Assembly: GCA_951406725.2 (NCBI GenBank)
Contig: OX597825.1
Span: 70,246,001 to 70,310,000, forward strand
Source: Octopus vulgaris
Lineage: Eukaryota
Direction of reading: 5' to 3'
Length of the DNA stretch: 64,000 nucleotides
In this document: one piece after another, positions 16,935 to 31,762 of the stretch
Layout of the letters: the number at the start of each line of letters is the position of its first letter
Position numbering within the stretch: position 1 is the first letter of the stretch
Notes under the pieces: generated by a model
What the model was told of the DNA's origin: nothing
Databases searched by the model: none
The model's input: the letters and a program-made list of their open reading frames with translations, nothing else
Program-made: the position numbers and the translations under genes

Positions 16935-17304
16935 TATACACATATATATAAAAATATACTTAGAAATATATACATATACATATATGTGTATGTGTATGTA
17001 TGTATATATATATTTATGTAAATATATATTTGTGTATATATATATATATATTTAATTTTATCTAGTTCCAGCTCACGAGCTATATATATATACATTTATA
17101 TACATACACACTCACACATACATATGTATGCATATATCTCTATATGTAATACATGTACATGTGTATCCCGTCCAACGATATTATATTTACTTAAATCTAA
17201 GCTCACTTAAGTATACATACAACCGGAATCTAAAGAATGTGGGTTACTCACTCAGAACGCCACCTGTCGACCGTTTCAGTGTCTGGTTTCGGTAATAAGA
17301 ATTA

Positions 17305-17342
17305 AATGTCTGAAGAGCTGTTTACACAGAAACGTCAATACA
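17305..17342 (+). ncRNA. Minimal hammerhead-like core
   Basis: CTGAAGA-gc-tgt-ttac-aca-GAAA-cg-TC; helix I poorly paired. Confidence 0.4.
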
Positions 17343-17454
17343 GCTTATTTAATAGAAATGTTGTAACTGGCATATACTAAATTAAACTTTAATAGAATTA
17401 AGACTGGGTGGGGTTGAAACTTCGCATCACCACCAACCCATAATCCTTTATACT

Positions 17455-17665
17455 AGAGGCTCAAGGCCTGGAAATTGATGGGTGGGGAGCTGAGAGCTCG
17501 AAGATTACATGGATTCTAGTGCTCGAACTGGTACTTATTTCACAGACCCTGAATGGATGAAAAGCAATGTTGACCCCGGTGGAATTTGAACTCAGAAAAC
17601 AAAGCCGGAGAAATACTGTTAAGCATTTTATCTGACGTACTAACGGTTCTGCTAGCTCACCACCT
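17455..17665 (-). mobile_element. SINE family B, diverged
   Basis: ctggtacttattt...ggatgaaaagcaa...ggaatttgaactcagaa. Confidence 0.7.
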
Positions 17666-17877
17666 TCCGTAATTCCCGTAATATCATGTGTTTCTGCTCC
17701 AACAAGAGGACCTCTACATAATCAGTCAATCTGCTTGAAATATCAGGTACATGAACTTTAAACTTAACCCTACCGTTTTAGAAAACATTTTAAGGTAATA
17801 TGACTCATAGGTAATATGAGTTCATATGGCCCTGTTCTTCGAAAACCCTAAGGGTTTTCACAGCTGGAAAGCCTTTG

Positions 17878-18011
<134 letters not shown>

Positions 18012-18444
18012 CGTATATATACATATATATATATATATATATAATACGTATATATACATATATATATATATATATACATACATACATACATACATACATA
18101 CATACATACATACATACATACATACAAACATTTATATGTGTGTGTGTGTAAATGTTCAGGATTGATGTGAATCGAATACTTAAATGGTAAAGCACGAGGT
18201 CGGGTCAAACAAGGGAATCGCGTATATTACGAAATCATAGAACAAATACCTACATACCGAAGTACAGACAGATTATTGTTCCAATAGTATATGCGATTTA
18301 CTGTACCCGACTGACTATATTATGAGTCTCATGGCTGTATTTAAGAACACACACTGCACTACTTGTACTGCACTTAATAGTCTCCAGATCCACACTAAAA
18401 ACAGATTCCGAGTAAGATGAATAATAAATAAATAACAACAGATG

Positions 18445-18730
18445 GATAATGGTTCATTCACTACAGCTGTTTCCAACGAGTTTTTTTATTGATGAATAGA
18501 GACATTACATCAGGCGAAAAAAATCGTTTTCATCGGGCGAATATACACGAATTACACATTTAAAACATTCCAGAAGTCACCAGTCTGTGCCACTTCATGA
18601 TTCCCTAACTAGAAATAGTCAAAAGAATTCTTCTGTTTTAAATGTGTAATTCGTGTATATTCCATCTGATGAAAAAATTTTTGTTTAAAAAAAACTCTTT
18701 GCAAACAGCTGTAGTGAATGGACCATTATC
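18445..18730. mobile_element. Small inverted-repeat element with a hammerhead motif in each arm (PLE pLTR-like)
   Basis: Arms 18445-18566 and 18634-18730 are reverse complements. Minus arm: ttcgc-CCGATGA-a-aacga...tcgtt-g-GAAA-cagctg-TA-gtgaa. Plus arm: CTGATGA...gcAAA-cagctg-TA-gtgaa. Confidence 0.65.
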
Positions 18731-18746
18731 TCTCTCTCTCTCTCTC

Positions 18747-18811
<65 letters not shown>

Positions 18812-18832
18812 ATATATGTATATATATATATG

Positions 18833-18888
<56 letters not shown>

Positions 18889-19016
18889 ATATATATATAT
18901 GTATATGTATATAAATACACATATATATATTACAAACATGACCGCATATATATATATGTGTGTTTGTGTGTATGTGTGTGTGTGTGCGCGCGCGTGTGTG
19001 TGTATGTGTGTATGTG

Positions 19017-19065
<49 letters not shown>

Positions 19066-19684
19066 GGGTGCGGGGAGATATGTAGCTATATACATATGAA
19101 AGATCCTAGAGGCACCAAACCTGATCATCGAGAGTTATACATATATCAGCTCCACAAACAGCGCTACTGAACTATTCCTAAGGTCCCACCCATCACGTCT
19201 AAAGTAAGGGCTGTGTACTGCCATAGAAATTTTTTATCTAAAAACCACTTATAAATTTTCCGTTCACTATTCCACTTATATTTATTTTTAACCAAAAATT
19301 TTCAATTTAAATTGTTTGTATAACTACTGTTGCTGGCACAAACTTATCTAACGGAACTCATGGGATCCGGTGGTGCTGCTGAATAGAATGAGAATTTTAA
19401 GTTTCAAAATTCAAACATTTGGACCTTCTGAAAGGCTTCGGTATAGTTTTCGTCACCAAATTTTCACTCACAAAGCTTTCGTCGACAGGTGAGCACGCTT
19501 AGAAAACACCTCTCCCAAATATTTGTACAATGGTATCGAAACCCGAAATTTGAAATTGCATATGTAACGAACTACTTAGTCATGCCTCTATATATATGCA
19601 TATATATATCATTCAGGCTGATCTACAGATAAATAACAACAACAACAACGACGACGACACTGCTAAAGAATCATGATAGATCTA

Positions 19685-20118
19685 CGAGGGAATGCCGAAA
19701 AGTTCATGGTTTTAAGGATTTCGCGAAAGGCCTTGTTGGAGGCCCAACTTTCCCAGTTCTTTTACAGAGCTTAGAAAATCTGAAGGACCACTGCAATAAG
19801 TGTGTGAATCTGAGAGGAGAATATGTTGAATAAAATCACAATTAACCGATCCTCCTGTATTTTCTTTACCAGGAAAAATATGAAATTTGAAGGACCTTGC
19901 CATTAATGCAGGGTCCTGGGAGAGCCTCGCAGCTGACCTGCCAACATGGAGGAGCACCACCGGAGACGCTGCTCAAGCTGAGCTGAAAACAGCAAGGATA
20001 CTAACTATGGTCAGCTTTGACCGAAGAAGGCCCTAGATTTGTATGATTAGTGATCAAATCTACTCTTCCTTATTGGCAACAACAAAGCAAAACCAGGAAC
20101 TTTTCAGCACCCCACTCG
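19685..20118 (+). mobile_element. Non-autonomous mariner-type element with a nested RTE fragment
   Basis: TIR-like ends ta-cgagggaatgccgaaaagttc / gaacttttcagcaccccactcg. Internal CNKCVNLRGEYVE* resembles the mariner transposase C-terminus. Confidence 0.7.
19882..20072 (+). pseudogene. RTE-clade LINE 3' fragment
   Basis: NLKDLAINAGSWESLAADLPTWRS fits the RTE C-terminal WExLAxDRxxWR motif. Homologous to 27576-27797. Confidence 0.7.
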
Positions 20119-20348
20119 TGCGTAAGGAATTATTTAGTCATGCCTGTACTTATATATATATATATATATGTCTGCTCGTTCAGGCTGACCTAGAGCCAAA
20201 CAGCAACAACTACCGCGTCAACTACAACGACGACGACGACAATATTGCTGAAGTAAGCGTTATGATAGTGGGATTACCACAAAGCAAACACACGGGTTTC
20301 ATTATGTACAACCATGACACCAACACTACATAGTCCTACTATAAGACG

Positions 20349-20575
20349 ACGAGCTGGCAGAAACGTTAGCACACCGGGCGAAATGCTTAGCGGTATTTTG
20401 TCTGTTGTTAAGTTCTGAGTTCAAATTCCACCGAGGTCGACTTTGCCTTTCATCCTTTCGGGGTCGATTAAATAAGTACCAGTTACACACTGGAGTCGAC
20501 ATAATCGACTTAATCCCTTTGTCTGTCTTTGTTTGTGCCCTCTGTGTTTGGCACCTAGTGGGCAATAAAGAAATA
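20349..20575 (+). mobile_element. SINE family B, near full length
   Basis: gagctggcagaaacgttagc...gtgggcaataaagaaat. Flanked by the repeated actacatagtccta (TSD-like). Confidence 0.85.
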
Positions 20576-20649
20576 ACTACATAGTCCTATTATGTAGTCC
20601 ACTTTGCAAATGCCTTCTATTGTAGGACCGAGCCAGCCAATATCTTTTA

Positions 20650-20966
20650 AGTGAATTAGGTAGATAGAAACTGTGTGGAAGCCCGTCGTGCATGTGTGTG
20701 CGTATTCATGACTGTGTCAGTCGCCATCACACCCCACCCCCACACCCCACATACACGCGAACGCGCATGCGCGTACACACATGCACACCGTATGACAATC
20801 GGTGTTGGTTTGTTTACATCCCTATGACTTAGCGGTTCGGCAATAAGTACCAGAATTTTATAAATTACACAAGTCCTGGAGCTGATTTTAACCAACTAAA
20901 CCCCTTCAATGCGGTGCTCCAGCACGGCCGCAGACTAATGAGTGAAACAAATAAAAGAATAAAAGA
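20650..20966 (+). mobile_element. SINE family A, 5'-truncated
   Basis: acttagcggttcggc...gcggtgctccagca...gaaacaaataaaagaataaaag. Confidence 0.7.
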
Positions 20967-21147
20967 TGATTTAGTCTTGATGAGTAGCGCCACAACTACC
21001 TGGTTCCTCAGAACGTAAACAGCCGGGAAGAAAAACTAACACAAAAATCTAAAAACAAAAGCAAAAATTGTTCGACACACTGGTATCTACACAGATCTAC
21101 ACTGGTATCTACACAGATCTACACTGGTATCTACATGCACCTACACA

Positions 21148-21232
<85 letters not shown>

Positions 21233-21948
21233 TAGATAGATGTGTGTGTATATATGTATATACATATGTACAATACATATAAATATGTATACATGCATCT
21301 ATACAGATTATATATATATATTTACGTAAATACGTCCATACATACATACATACATACATACATACATACATACATACATACATACATACATACATACATA
21401 CATACATACATACATACACACACATCTTTCAACCAACTGGGTCGAATTGATATTAAAACAAACCGACTCGCACATCAACGACGACGACGATCAGAAAACT
21501 TCCGACAACAACATAACTTCCGGTGAGGAAAAAGTTGAAGGATCTGCTGGCAAAAGATTGCAGTATTTGTAAACAAGTAACAACAGGTCAAGTGATTCTT
21601 TTGCTGACGCGAATCGCTTAAAATAAGCTGAAAATTATGTTACCAAGATTTCCCACTCCTCTTTGAAGTAGCCTCAATGAATACAAACGTCACATCGATA
21701 GCTAGTACAATGTAATTCTCCTGTCAAATGACTATAGATTATAGTGATTGCCTATCTACCTATCTATCTATATATCTATCTATCTATCTATCCATACATA
21801 TATATATATGCTGTGTGGACGCCGCCAAACGATGAAGTAGGCTAGCCCAATACGTAGATATAGAGGGAAGAAGTCTAGACGTCAGAGTTGAGTAGTGGCG
21901 GCGAGTATTTCGTAGCTCACACAGCCACTGTGGTATTGCAATATAACA

Positions 21949-22294
<346 letters not shown>

Positions 22295-22548
22295 TGTCCT
22301 GACTTCGGACATATATATATCTGTGTCAATCTATCTATCTCTGTTGCCGGCTGCCAGCACTTTTTTCTGCAAAATAGGGGTAGCTTATCCTGTTCAGGCT
22401 ATATTATTAGCATTATCCTGCGTTTGAGAATTTAAAATCACTTCTTTAACTTTCTAAGACATCTCAACGCTTCTTAAGCAAACTTCGTTTGTTTGTTTAC
22501 GTTCATCATAATTTGAATTTATATATATATATATGTATGTATATGTAT

Positions 22549-22622
<74 letters not shown>

Positions 22623-22764
22623 CTCATAGCTGTGTACATATTTTTTATTGTTACACCACTACGACAACGGTTTTTTCGGACTTTTGCAGATTAGTGCACA
22701 CACACACACATACACACACATACATACACACACACATACATACATACATACATACATACATACA

Positions 22765-22795
<31 letters not shown>

Positions 22796-22981
22796 GCATA
22801 TATATAAATATGATATATTATATAGGAAGGAAGGAAAAATAAATTAAATTATTTAAGGGAATCTAATTTTGTGAAGTAATTTGTAGAACCATATTTTCTT
22901 ATACTTCATGATCAATAAGGGTAGGGTTCTACGATACTCCAATCTAGAGTCTAGATGTGTGTGTGTGTGAGTGCGTGTGTG

Positions 22982-23031
<50 letters not shown>

Positions 23032-23387
23032 CGCATGAATATTTGATGGTCCGACCCTTCGGGAGAAAATGACAACTTTACATCTTCCTTGAATTTTGAG
23101 CACTCTGCCCACGCTCGGCCCCAAAAGAATTCTTGTTCGAGAGAGAGAGAGAGGGGGGGGAGAGAGAATTAAATAAGAGATTCCAGTGGTGGAAACAGAA
23201 GTGAAACAAGTGGTAATGTGAATGTTGTTTTAGAACCACTCCCAAAGTAAACATGGCGAGCGAGGAACTTCCGGTTGACTTCATCGCTAAACTCATATTT
23301 AGGGTATTAGTTATAGGAGGAATATGGTGCTGAAATATTAATAGGAGAAGAATGGAATGTTTGTGTGTGCGTGCGCGCATGTGTGTA

Positions 23388-23418
<31 letters not shown>

Positions 23419-24196
23419 AGGGGTGTGGTTACTGCAGCATCGTTGTAGGAACGTGGTAAACCAAGCTTCTGATAACGCGTTCGAATCCGCCAATAAATCA
23501 GTGTGGTCATTTACGTTCACGAAGTTGAAAGGTAAGCATACACACATCGATACACACACATACACACACACACACACACGCACACACACACGCACGCACG
23601 CACACACACATACATACATTACCATTTATTCCATATATTATTACTGTCCTGTACTCGTCTGACGCTTTCAAGGCCGCTAAAATAAGTACAATTTGAGCAC
23701 AGGAGTCGATGTAATCGACTAAGCCCCTCCTCTCAAAAGATTACTGTATAGGTGCCAAAATCTGAAGCAATATATTAATCCATTATTGATGTGTTAAGCT
23801 GCGTATTTTACGCAATGTATATACAACTTAGAGTAGATTCTATGTAAGTAAAACTAACTTACAGCTTTAGCTATTGTCTTCTTCTTCTTCTTCTTCCAAT
23901 CAGGACTCACATCATTAGCCACAAAGAATAATCTCTAATTCGAGCCTACTCTAAGCTACTAAGAATGCGTGTGGCAACTTGAAGATCCACCCATCACACG
24001 CGATAGACTGGCGGTTGCATAGGCGCGAAAGCTACGCTGTTATCCTCATTCTGTAAACGGTGGCTTTTAACGGGTGGAGAGTTGAACCATCCTGTGCTAC
24101 AGAGGATTCGCAATCTAGACTAGAGTCAGAAGTAGGAAGAAAGAGCGAGAGAAAGTGGTGGTGAAAGAGTACAGCGGGGTTCATTCCAACCCCCGA

Positions 24197-24550
24197 ATTA
24201 AGTCGATTACATCGACCCCAGTGCACAACTGGTACTTATTTAATCGACCCCGAAAGGATGAGAGGCAAGGCCGACCTCAGCGGAATTTGAACTCAGAACG
24301 TAGCGACAGATGAAATACCTATTTCTTTACTACCCACAAGGGGCTAAACACAGAAGGGACAAACAAGGACAGACAAACGGATTAAGTCGATTATATCGAC
24401 CCCAGTGTGTAACTGGTACCTAATTTATCGACCCCGAAAGGATGAAAAGCAAAGTCGACCTCGGCGGAATTTGAACTCAGAGAGTAGCAGCAGACGAAAT
24501 ACCGCTAAGAATTTCGCACGGCCTGCTAACGTTTCTGCCAGCTCGCCGCC
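24197..24550 (-). mobile_element. Two tandem SINE family B copies (one partial)
   Basis: The attaagtcgatta...gaatttgaactcag block occurs twice. Confidence 0.8.
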
Positions 24551-25482
24551 TGGCTTTTTAACGTTATTATCTACCAAGAGAGTTCGATCACGCAATTCAG
24601 TGATGGTTAACATCCGTGCTAAACTGAGTACAATATAGTCAACATTATACAATATATTTGTGTTTACGTATGTATTAATGTTGGTATGCATATACATATG
24701 TGTATATGTATGCATGTATGTCTATATATGTTTCCATGTATTATGCGCGCGCACAAGCACACGCACACACACACGTTGAGCACAGTTTTGTTTTGACTTA
24801 TGCCCGCTAGAAAAAGAGACAAAAAGAAAAAAAAAAAACTCGTTGCAAAGTCTTCAGTTATGATAACATATCTATTGAATTACCACGATTTCTTCTCTCG
24901 AGAATACTTCCCCCTATGCTCGAATTAAATTTACTTCAGGGGATAAAAAAACAACATTTATTTCAAAAACAAAATCAAAACGATTTCTAAAACACTCTAT
25001 TTCCTTTTGAAAACGAATAAAAACACAATAACTAAAACAATACCTGCCATCATATATTGTTTCTAATATCAGTGTGTGACTAATTAAAAATAGATTTTTT
25101 TGTTTTATATAATTTTCTCACACATTTCTTTAATATAGTGTCCGTTTTCAACGTAGTTTCCGTTTCGAAAGCTAAACTTCTGATTAAGAAGTTCAGCTGA
25201 AATTTTCCCAGCTTAAAGAATTTCATGTAAAGAGGATCTCACAATAGACAGGGCATTGCTTAGCATTTTTAGCGGGTTGGGGTTGGCTGGATTAAGCTTT
25301 TTTATAACTTCCGAATTGTGACAACTGAGCGCAAGCATGGCTGCATAGTTAAGTTATAACCAATAACGTGGTTTCGGTTTCAATTCCACTGCGTGGCACC
25401 TTGGGTAAGTGTCTTCTACTAAAGCCCCAGGCCGAGCCAACTACTGCCTTGCAGGTTAATTTGGTATACAGAAACTGTACAT

Positions 25483-25798
25483 ACTCTTTTTTTTTTACTT
25501 GTTTCAGTCATTTGACTGTGGCCATGCTGGAGCACCGCCTTTAGTCGAGCAAATAGACCCCAGGACATATTATTTGGAAGCCTAGTACTTATTGCACCAG
25601 CATTGGTTGTCAAGCGATGCTGGGGGGACAAACACAGACACACAAACATATACATAAACATATACACACACGCAAACCAAATCCACTCAAAAGGCTTTGG
25701 TCGGCCCGAGGCTATAGTAGAAGACACTTGCCCAAGGTGCCACGAAGTGGGACTAAACCCGGAACCATGTGGTTCGTAAGCAAGCTATTCCTACGCCT
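25483..25798 (-). mobile_element. SINE family A with internal deletions
   Basis: Aligns to family A. Confidence 0.8.
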
Positions 25799-26445
25799 AC
25801 ATACATACATACAGACATACATGCATACATACATACATACATACATACATACATACATACATACATACATACATACATACATACATACATACATACATAC
25901 ATACATACATACATGCATGCATACATACGTACATATGTGTTTGTGTGTATTTGACAACAGGAGTTGGTTTGTTTATAACTCCATGAACTGGCGGTTCGGT
26001 AATCGATAGAAAATACCAAACTTAAAAACACATTTAAAACGTAAGTAGTGGTGACGATTTGTTCGACTAAAACCCTTCAAGGCGGTGCCCGAGCATGACC
26101 GCAGTCTCATGAGTGAAAAAGGATAAGTCATAAAAGACTCGAAATATTAAAATTTCTAAATGAGACTACGGCAGCGGTACTGCAAATTAACAGTTATCGC
26201 CAAGCTAATATGGCAGTCCACAAATATAAGACTAAAGCTGCCGTTGATTAGCTCCAAGAGGCCATCGCCTCTAGCTAGCTATATGACACACGAACCTGTG
26301 TCCATTATAACCTTAAAGAATCATTAAGCTTTTCTATATTCCTATAAATGACAAATACAGACATTCGTTAGATCTCAATTCATAAAATTGCGAACCATCG
26401 CTAGTTATCTGCTTTATTTAAGATGACGTCTTCTAGTCGAAGAAT

Positions 26446-26887
26446 CTTACTCTTACTCTTTTACTCTTTTACTTGTTTCAGTCATTTGACTGCGGCCATG
26501 CTGAAGCGCCGCCTTTAATCGAGCAACTCGACCCCGGGACTTATTCTTTTGTAAGCCCAGTACTTATTCTATCGGTCTCTTTTGCCGAACCGCTAAGTGA
26601 CGGGGACGTAAACACACCAGCATCGGTTGTCAAGCGATGTTGGGGGGGACAAACACAAACACACAAACACATACACACACAAACACATACACACACATAC
26701 ATATACATGTATATACATATATACGACAGGCTTCTTTCAGTTTCCGTCTACCAAATCCACTCACAAGGCATTGGTCGGCCCGGGGCTATAGCAGAAGACA
26801 CTTGCCCAAGATGCCACGCAGTGGGACTGAACCCGGAACCATGTGGTTGGTTAGCAAGCTACTTACCACACAGCCACTCCTGCGCCT
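26446..26887 (-). mobile_element. SINE family A, full length
   Basis: Head aggcgcaggagtggctgtgtgg, B box ggttcagtccc, internal CA/TA microsatellite, aagagta-type repeated tail. Confidence 0.92.
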
Positions 26888-27206
26888 ATATCTGTTGATT
26901 TTTTTTTGTTATTGTTGTTTAATATTCAGATTCTTCTGTTAAATATAATGATATTTATTCACATTCGTAGCTTTCAGATTTCATTGACGTGAGTGCTTAT
27001 ACTTTTAGAATGATATTGTAGGGCAGGTGTGGGAGCTCAAATCTGGACGGATTGAACATAAAACCGGTAGAACTTTTGGGCCTGATATTAGCTGGTTTAA
27101 ATGTTAAATGGTTAAGCCCTAACTCGCTCTGAAACCATATGACCAGAATTATGATCAAAGTTGTGCTCTAGCTGTGGTCAATGAATGATATATATCAGTA
27201 ACTTAC

Positions 27207-27345
27207 CTCGAAGTAAGCGAGCCACTTCTTGTACATCACCTGCAGCTGATTTCTCAAGGAGTTCATTGCTTATGTCTATGTCCTGTGGGATGTTGGTCTT
27301 TACAGTTTTGGTGTATTCAGTGTGATTCCGACAATGCCACACCCA
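27207..27345 (-). CDS. Internal coding exon of a host gene; start of an ankyrin repeat (WVWHCRNHTEYTKTVKTNIPQDIDISNELLEKSAAGDVQEVARLLR)
   Basis: Strong acceptor ttttgtttatttttttacattttcAG|TGG and donor CGAG|GTAAGT. 139 nt, open in phase 0 to phase 1. LLEKSAAGDVQEVARLL resembles the ankyrin LLxAxxxGDxxEVxxLL pattern. Confidence 0.75.
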
Positions 27346-27575
27346 CTGAAAATGTAAAAAAATAAACAAAATATCAACGAGGTGCACTCGGTCTCCTAGA
27401 GACAGCAACCAAATATTTCTACAAACAAAAATTATATTGTAAAGGGAAGCACATATTGGATACCTGAGGTCTGAGATGAAACACATTTGAAAACAACGGA
27501 GGTATACCGAATCCTATGTTGATCATAGTCGTTCAGACCCGACTTGGGGCTAAATAACTACCATATCACAAACGA

Positions 27576-27797
27576 AATAAGGAAGAGTAGAAGTGATCAC
27601 TAATCATACAAATCTAGGGCCTCCTTCGGTCAGAGCTGACCATAGTTAGTATCCTTGCTGTTTTGAGCAGCGTCTCCTGTGGTGCTCCTCCATATTGGCA
27701 GGTCAGCTGCGAGGCCCTCCCGAGACTCTGCATTAATGACAAGGTCCTTCAAATTTCTTTCTACAACATCCCTGTGTCGCAGTTGAGATCGACCCGT
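27576..27797 (-). pseudogene. RTE-clade LINE 3' fragment
   Basis: GRSQLRHRDVVERNLKDLVINAESREGLAADLPIWRS, matching GRPxxRxKD...WExxAxDRxxWR. Confidence 0.7.
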
Positions 27798-28059
27798 AAA
27801 GAATGTCCTTTGGGATGTAAATAGTAAAATGACTTCTCTTAAATCGCCCACCCTACTGTCTTTAAAAGACTGATGGATTACACAGTGATATATTAAAGTC
27901 GGGTGGTCATAGCTAGAATGCCTTCAATCACAGAGGTAGAGGCCAAGAACAACATATAAAATGAAAATACATCATTTATCTGTGTGTTCGCGTGTGTATA
28001 TAAATATATGAATATAAACATATATGCGTGTGTGTTTGTGCGTGTGTGTATTTTAATGT

Positions 28060-28325
<266 letters not shown>

Positions 28326-28784
28326 GTTTTTATCTTCGGGTTTGATAAAAATGATTTCATATTAATCTGATGCGTTACTCTATACTTTTATCCATACAAT
28401 TTTATCATTTTTATACAAGAATTCTGTCGACATTGACATACGATTGTTTGGCCTGTAAGATGAAGTATGCAAATGGTACTGTGAGGATTTAGACAGCTAC
28501 AGCACGGAATTTTCTTGGCCCTCTAGTTATTCGACTTGGCAGAGTTACTGCCAAGAGTTATTGAAGTATTTTGAAAGTTCATGTTTTATCTTATATTACA
28601 AATGTTTTCCCTGATGCCAACACAATCTTCTAGGACGTCAATGCGCTTATTCACATAGATAATATTATTCAAAATCGGTAAGAAGGGCGCAATTAGACCA
28701 ATTAGACTAGCTCTGGTGCGTTTTGAGCAAAAGTGAGGAGCCGTTTCCCCTCGACCTTCATTGCAGAAAGAGCTAAATCGAGGT

Positions 28785-29171
28785 TTTATTCTTTTATTCT
28801 CTTATACGTTTCAGTCATTTTGACTGCGGCCATGCTGGAGCACCGCCTTTTAGTCGAGCAGATCGACCCCCAGGACTTATTCTTTGTAAGCCTAGTACTT
28901 ATTCTATCGGTCTCTTTTGCCGAACCGCTAAGGTACGGAGACGTAAACACACCAGCATCGATGTCAAGCAATGTTGGGTGGGGGGGCACACGCAAACATA
29001 TACACACACATACATACAGGGTGTCCACAAAACTGGGTACATGGAGTAAATAAAATCATAACATAAAGAATTAAATATAAGAAATAATAATTTCTTAAGG
29101 TATGTGTTAATCCCCATGTACCCAGAATTTATGGACACCCTGTATATATATATACATACACACACACGCAC

Positions 29172-29223
<52 letters not shown>

Positions 29224-29391
29224 GACGGGCTTTTTTTCAGTTTCCGTCTACCAAATCCACTCACAAGGCTTTGGTCGGCCCGAGGCTATAGTAGAAGACC
29301 ACTTGCCCAAGGTGCCACGACGCAGTGGGACTGAACCTGGAACCATGTGGTTGGTTAGCAAGCTACTTACCACTCAGCCACCCCTGCGCCT
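28785..29391 (-). mobile_element. SINE family A interrupted by a MITE
   Basis: Both SINE halves are present around 29017-29142. Confidence 0.9.
29017..29142. mobile_element. Tc1/mariner-type MITE (126 bp)
   Basis: TIRs cagggtgtccacaaaactgggtacatgg / ccatgtacccagaatttatggacaccctg with TA target duplication. Confidence 0.88.
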
Positions 29392-29392
29392 A

Positions 29393-29548
29393 CTTGAAGA
29401 ATGGTTCAATATTCCCTTAACGACCATTCAGAACATGCTCAAAACAACTCCCCAACTTAATATCGTTGTGATTGATGTGACATCCGTATTAGAATAATAA
29501 ATCGTTCGTTAAGAAAGTGTTTCTGTTTTATTATCCAATCTCTGTATA
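29393..29548 (+). mobile_element. Degraded Tc1 3' end
   Basis: LEEWFNIPLTTIQN resembles EEWAKIP/KIPLETIQ of the Tc1 copies. End resembles the Tc1 right TIR. Confidence 0.45.
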
Positions 29549-30068
29549 TGACATTCCTCAGACAAAACACAAATAGCAATTAGTTTATTGACAAAATTCC
29601 TAACTTCAATAACGGAACTAACAGTTGCTTTGGTCTTAATTTTCTCATTATTTTTGTCAAGGTTTTTTTCCCACAGGCTCACAAATATGGCAAAGTATTG
29701 GAAAAATATTATTTAGTTGTGATTTTTGACAGCATAAAAACCAAGAAATTCACAAAACGGCAATCAGTTTTATGTTTAGAGTGGTGGAAAATCCAGTTTG
29801 TTATTTTTAATTAGTTTTATCTCAGAATTATTTAAACAACGCCTCGCCTTTTAATTAGAAATAATGGAGCAAATTAAAAGAATATTATATGTATGTATGT
29901 ATGTAGTAATTTGAAATCTGTGTTAATAGATTTCAGATTTTGAAAGAAAATACTTTCTACTCGCGCTCTCTCCCTCTCTCTCGCTCTATCTCTCTCTCTC
30001 TCTCACTACCTTTCTCCTATTCTATTTCTCTCCCACTCTCTTTCTTTCCCACTCTCTTCCTCTCTCTT

Positions 30069-30099
<31 letters not shown>

Positions 30100-30345
30100 C
30101 TTTCTCTCTATATATATATGTATATATATCTTTCTCTCTCAATGTAGGTTTTTCTTACTGTCGAAGTATATGAAAACAAAACTACATTTATTTGCATATC
30201 TATTTAATTATTAACGTATCCACGCGGGAATACAAACACACACAGACACACGCAGACACACACATACACACACACATATGAACGTATATATGTTGGAGTG
30301 CAGAGATGAATTAATATACCTATACACACATATATATGTATGTAT

Positions 30346-30426
<81 letters not shown>

Positions 30427-31339
30427 CAGACCTCAGTGGAAGATTTATAATAATTAAGAAATAGAAAAGACATACATACATACATGCATACATGCATACA
30501 CTCATACATACATACAGGCATACATACATACATACATACATACATACATGCATACATGCATACACTCATACATACATACATACATACAGGCATACATGCA
30601 TACATGCATACATACATACATGCATACATACATACATACATACATACATACATACATACATACATACATACATACATACATACATACATACATACATACA
30701 TTTCGCCCGTTGTGAATATGCGACACTCTACCTAAATATACTTAGTGACCCTTTACTTATATAACTTTCAATCATAATTAACGAAACAAAAACTCGTGTG
30801 TGTGTGTGTGTAAACGTTTGAATAATAGGAAGCGGAAATTCTAAGTAACGGCTCATGAATCTCCGGCTTCTAAAAACAATATTGCGACATTTTTCTCTTT
30901 AAACGCAAACATTCACAAGAAAGGCACACTGGCAGAATAGTTAGGAAGTTGGGAAATTTTTAGAGGCTTTGTGCGTTAATTAGAAAAATGTACTTATAAT
31001 TTCTAGTAATGGAGGTGTGCTTTAACCCTCGATCCCTGATGTTCACCCACTTCTTTGTTACAAGAAATTTATACACATACATACATACATACATACATAC
31101 ATACATACATACATACATACATACATACATACATACAGATTCATAAAGGAGAATCTGGATAAATTCATACATTACAAGTGCAGTCTGTGAGTGGAACAGT
31201 AAAAATATGCAAGACTTTTCTCAAGTTCCAAATGTGAATTGCATGGGGACTTCTATCTCTAAATGACTTATATCTTCTTATCGAGAATAATTCAATTTAT
31301 TTGAATCCCCGTGACGCCGGAATTTTTAATCCCTAATTA

Positions 31340-31413
<74 letters not shown>

Positions 31414-31496
31414 AATTCATATCAAATTCATAAATAAATAAATAGATAGATAGATAGATATTAGTGCCTATGTTTGTACTGGTATACAGATATAGC

Positions 31497-31762
31497 GAAG
31501 GCCCGTGGCTGTGTGGTTATGCTCTTGCACTCACAATCGCTTGATCGTGGTTTCGGTTCCCAGACCGGGTGGTGTGTCGTGTTCTTGAGCAAAGCACTTC
31601 ATTTCACATTGCTTCAATCCCCCTTTCGATCAGGGTGGAATGTTGACCTGCTTGCCTAGCTAGCGGAGTGGCGTCATTCGAATGCTAAAACGAAACAAAG
31701 CGCGTTGTGACCAGCGATGTATAACAAAATGTGATTGTCAGGTCGGTCACGAGTTCGCGTGA
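31497..31762 (+). mobile_element. SINE family C, diverged
   Basis: tRNA-like head, ttcttgagcaaagcactt, and a 3' block gcgtcattcgaa.gctaaaac shared with 38110. Confidence 0.7.
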
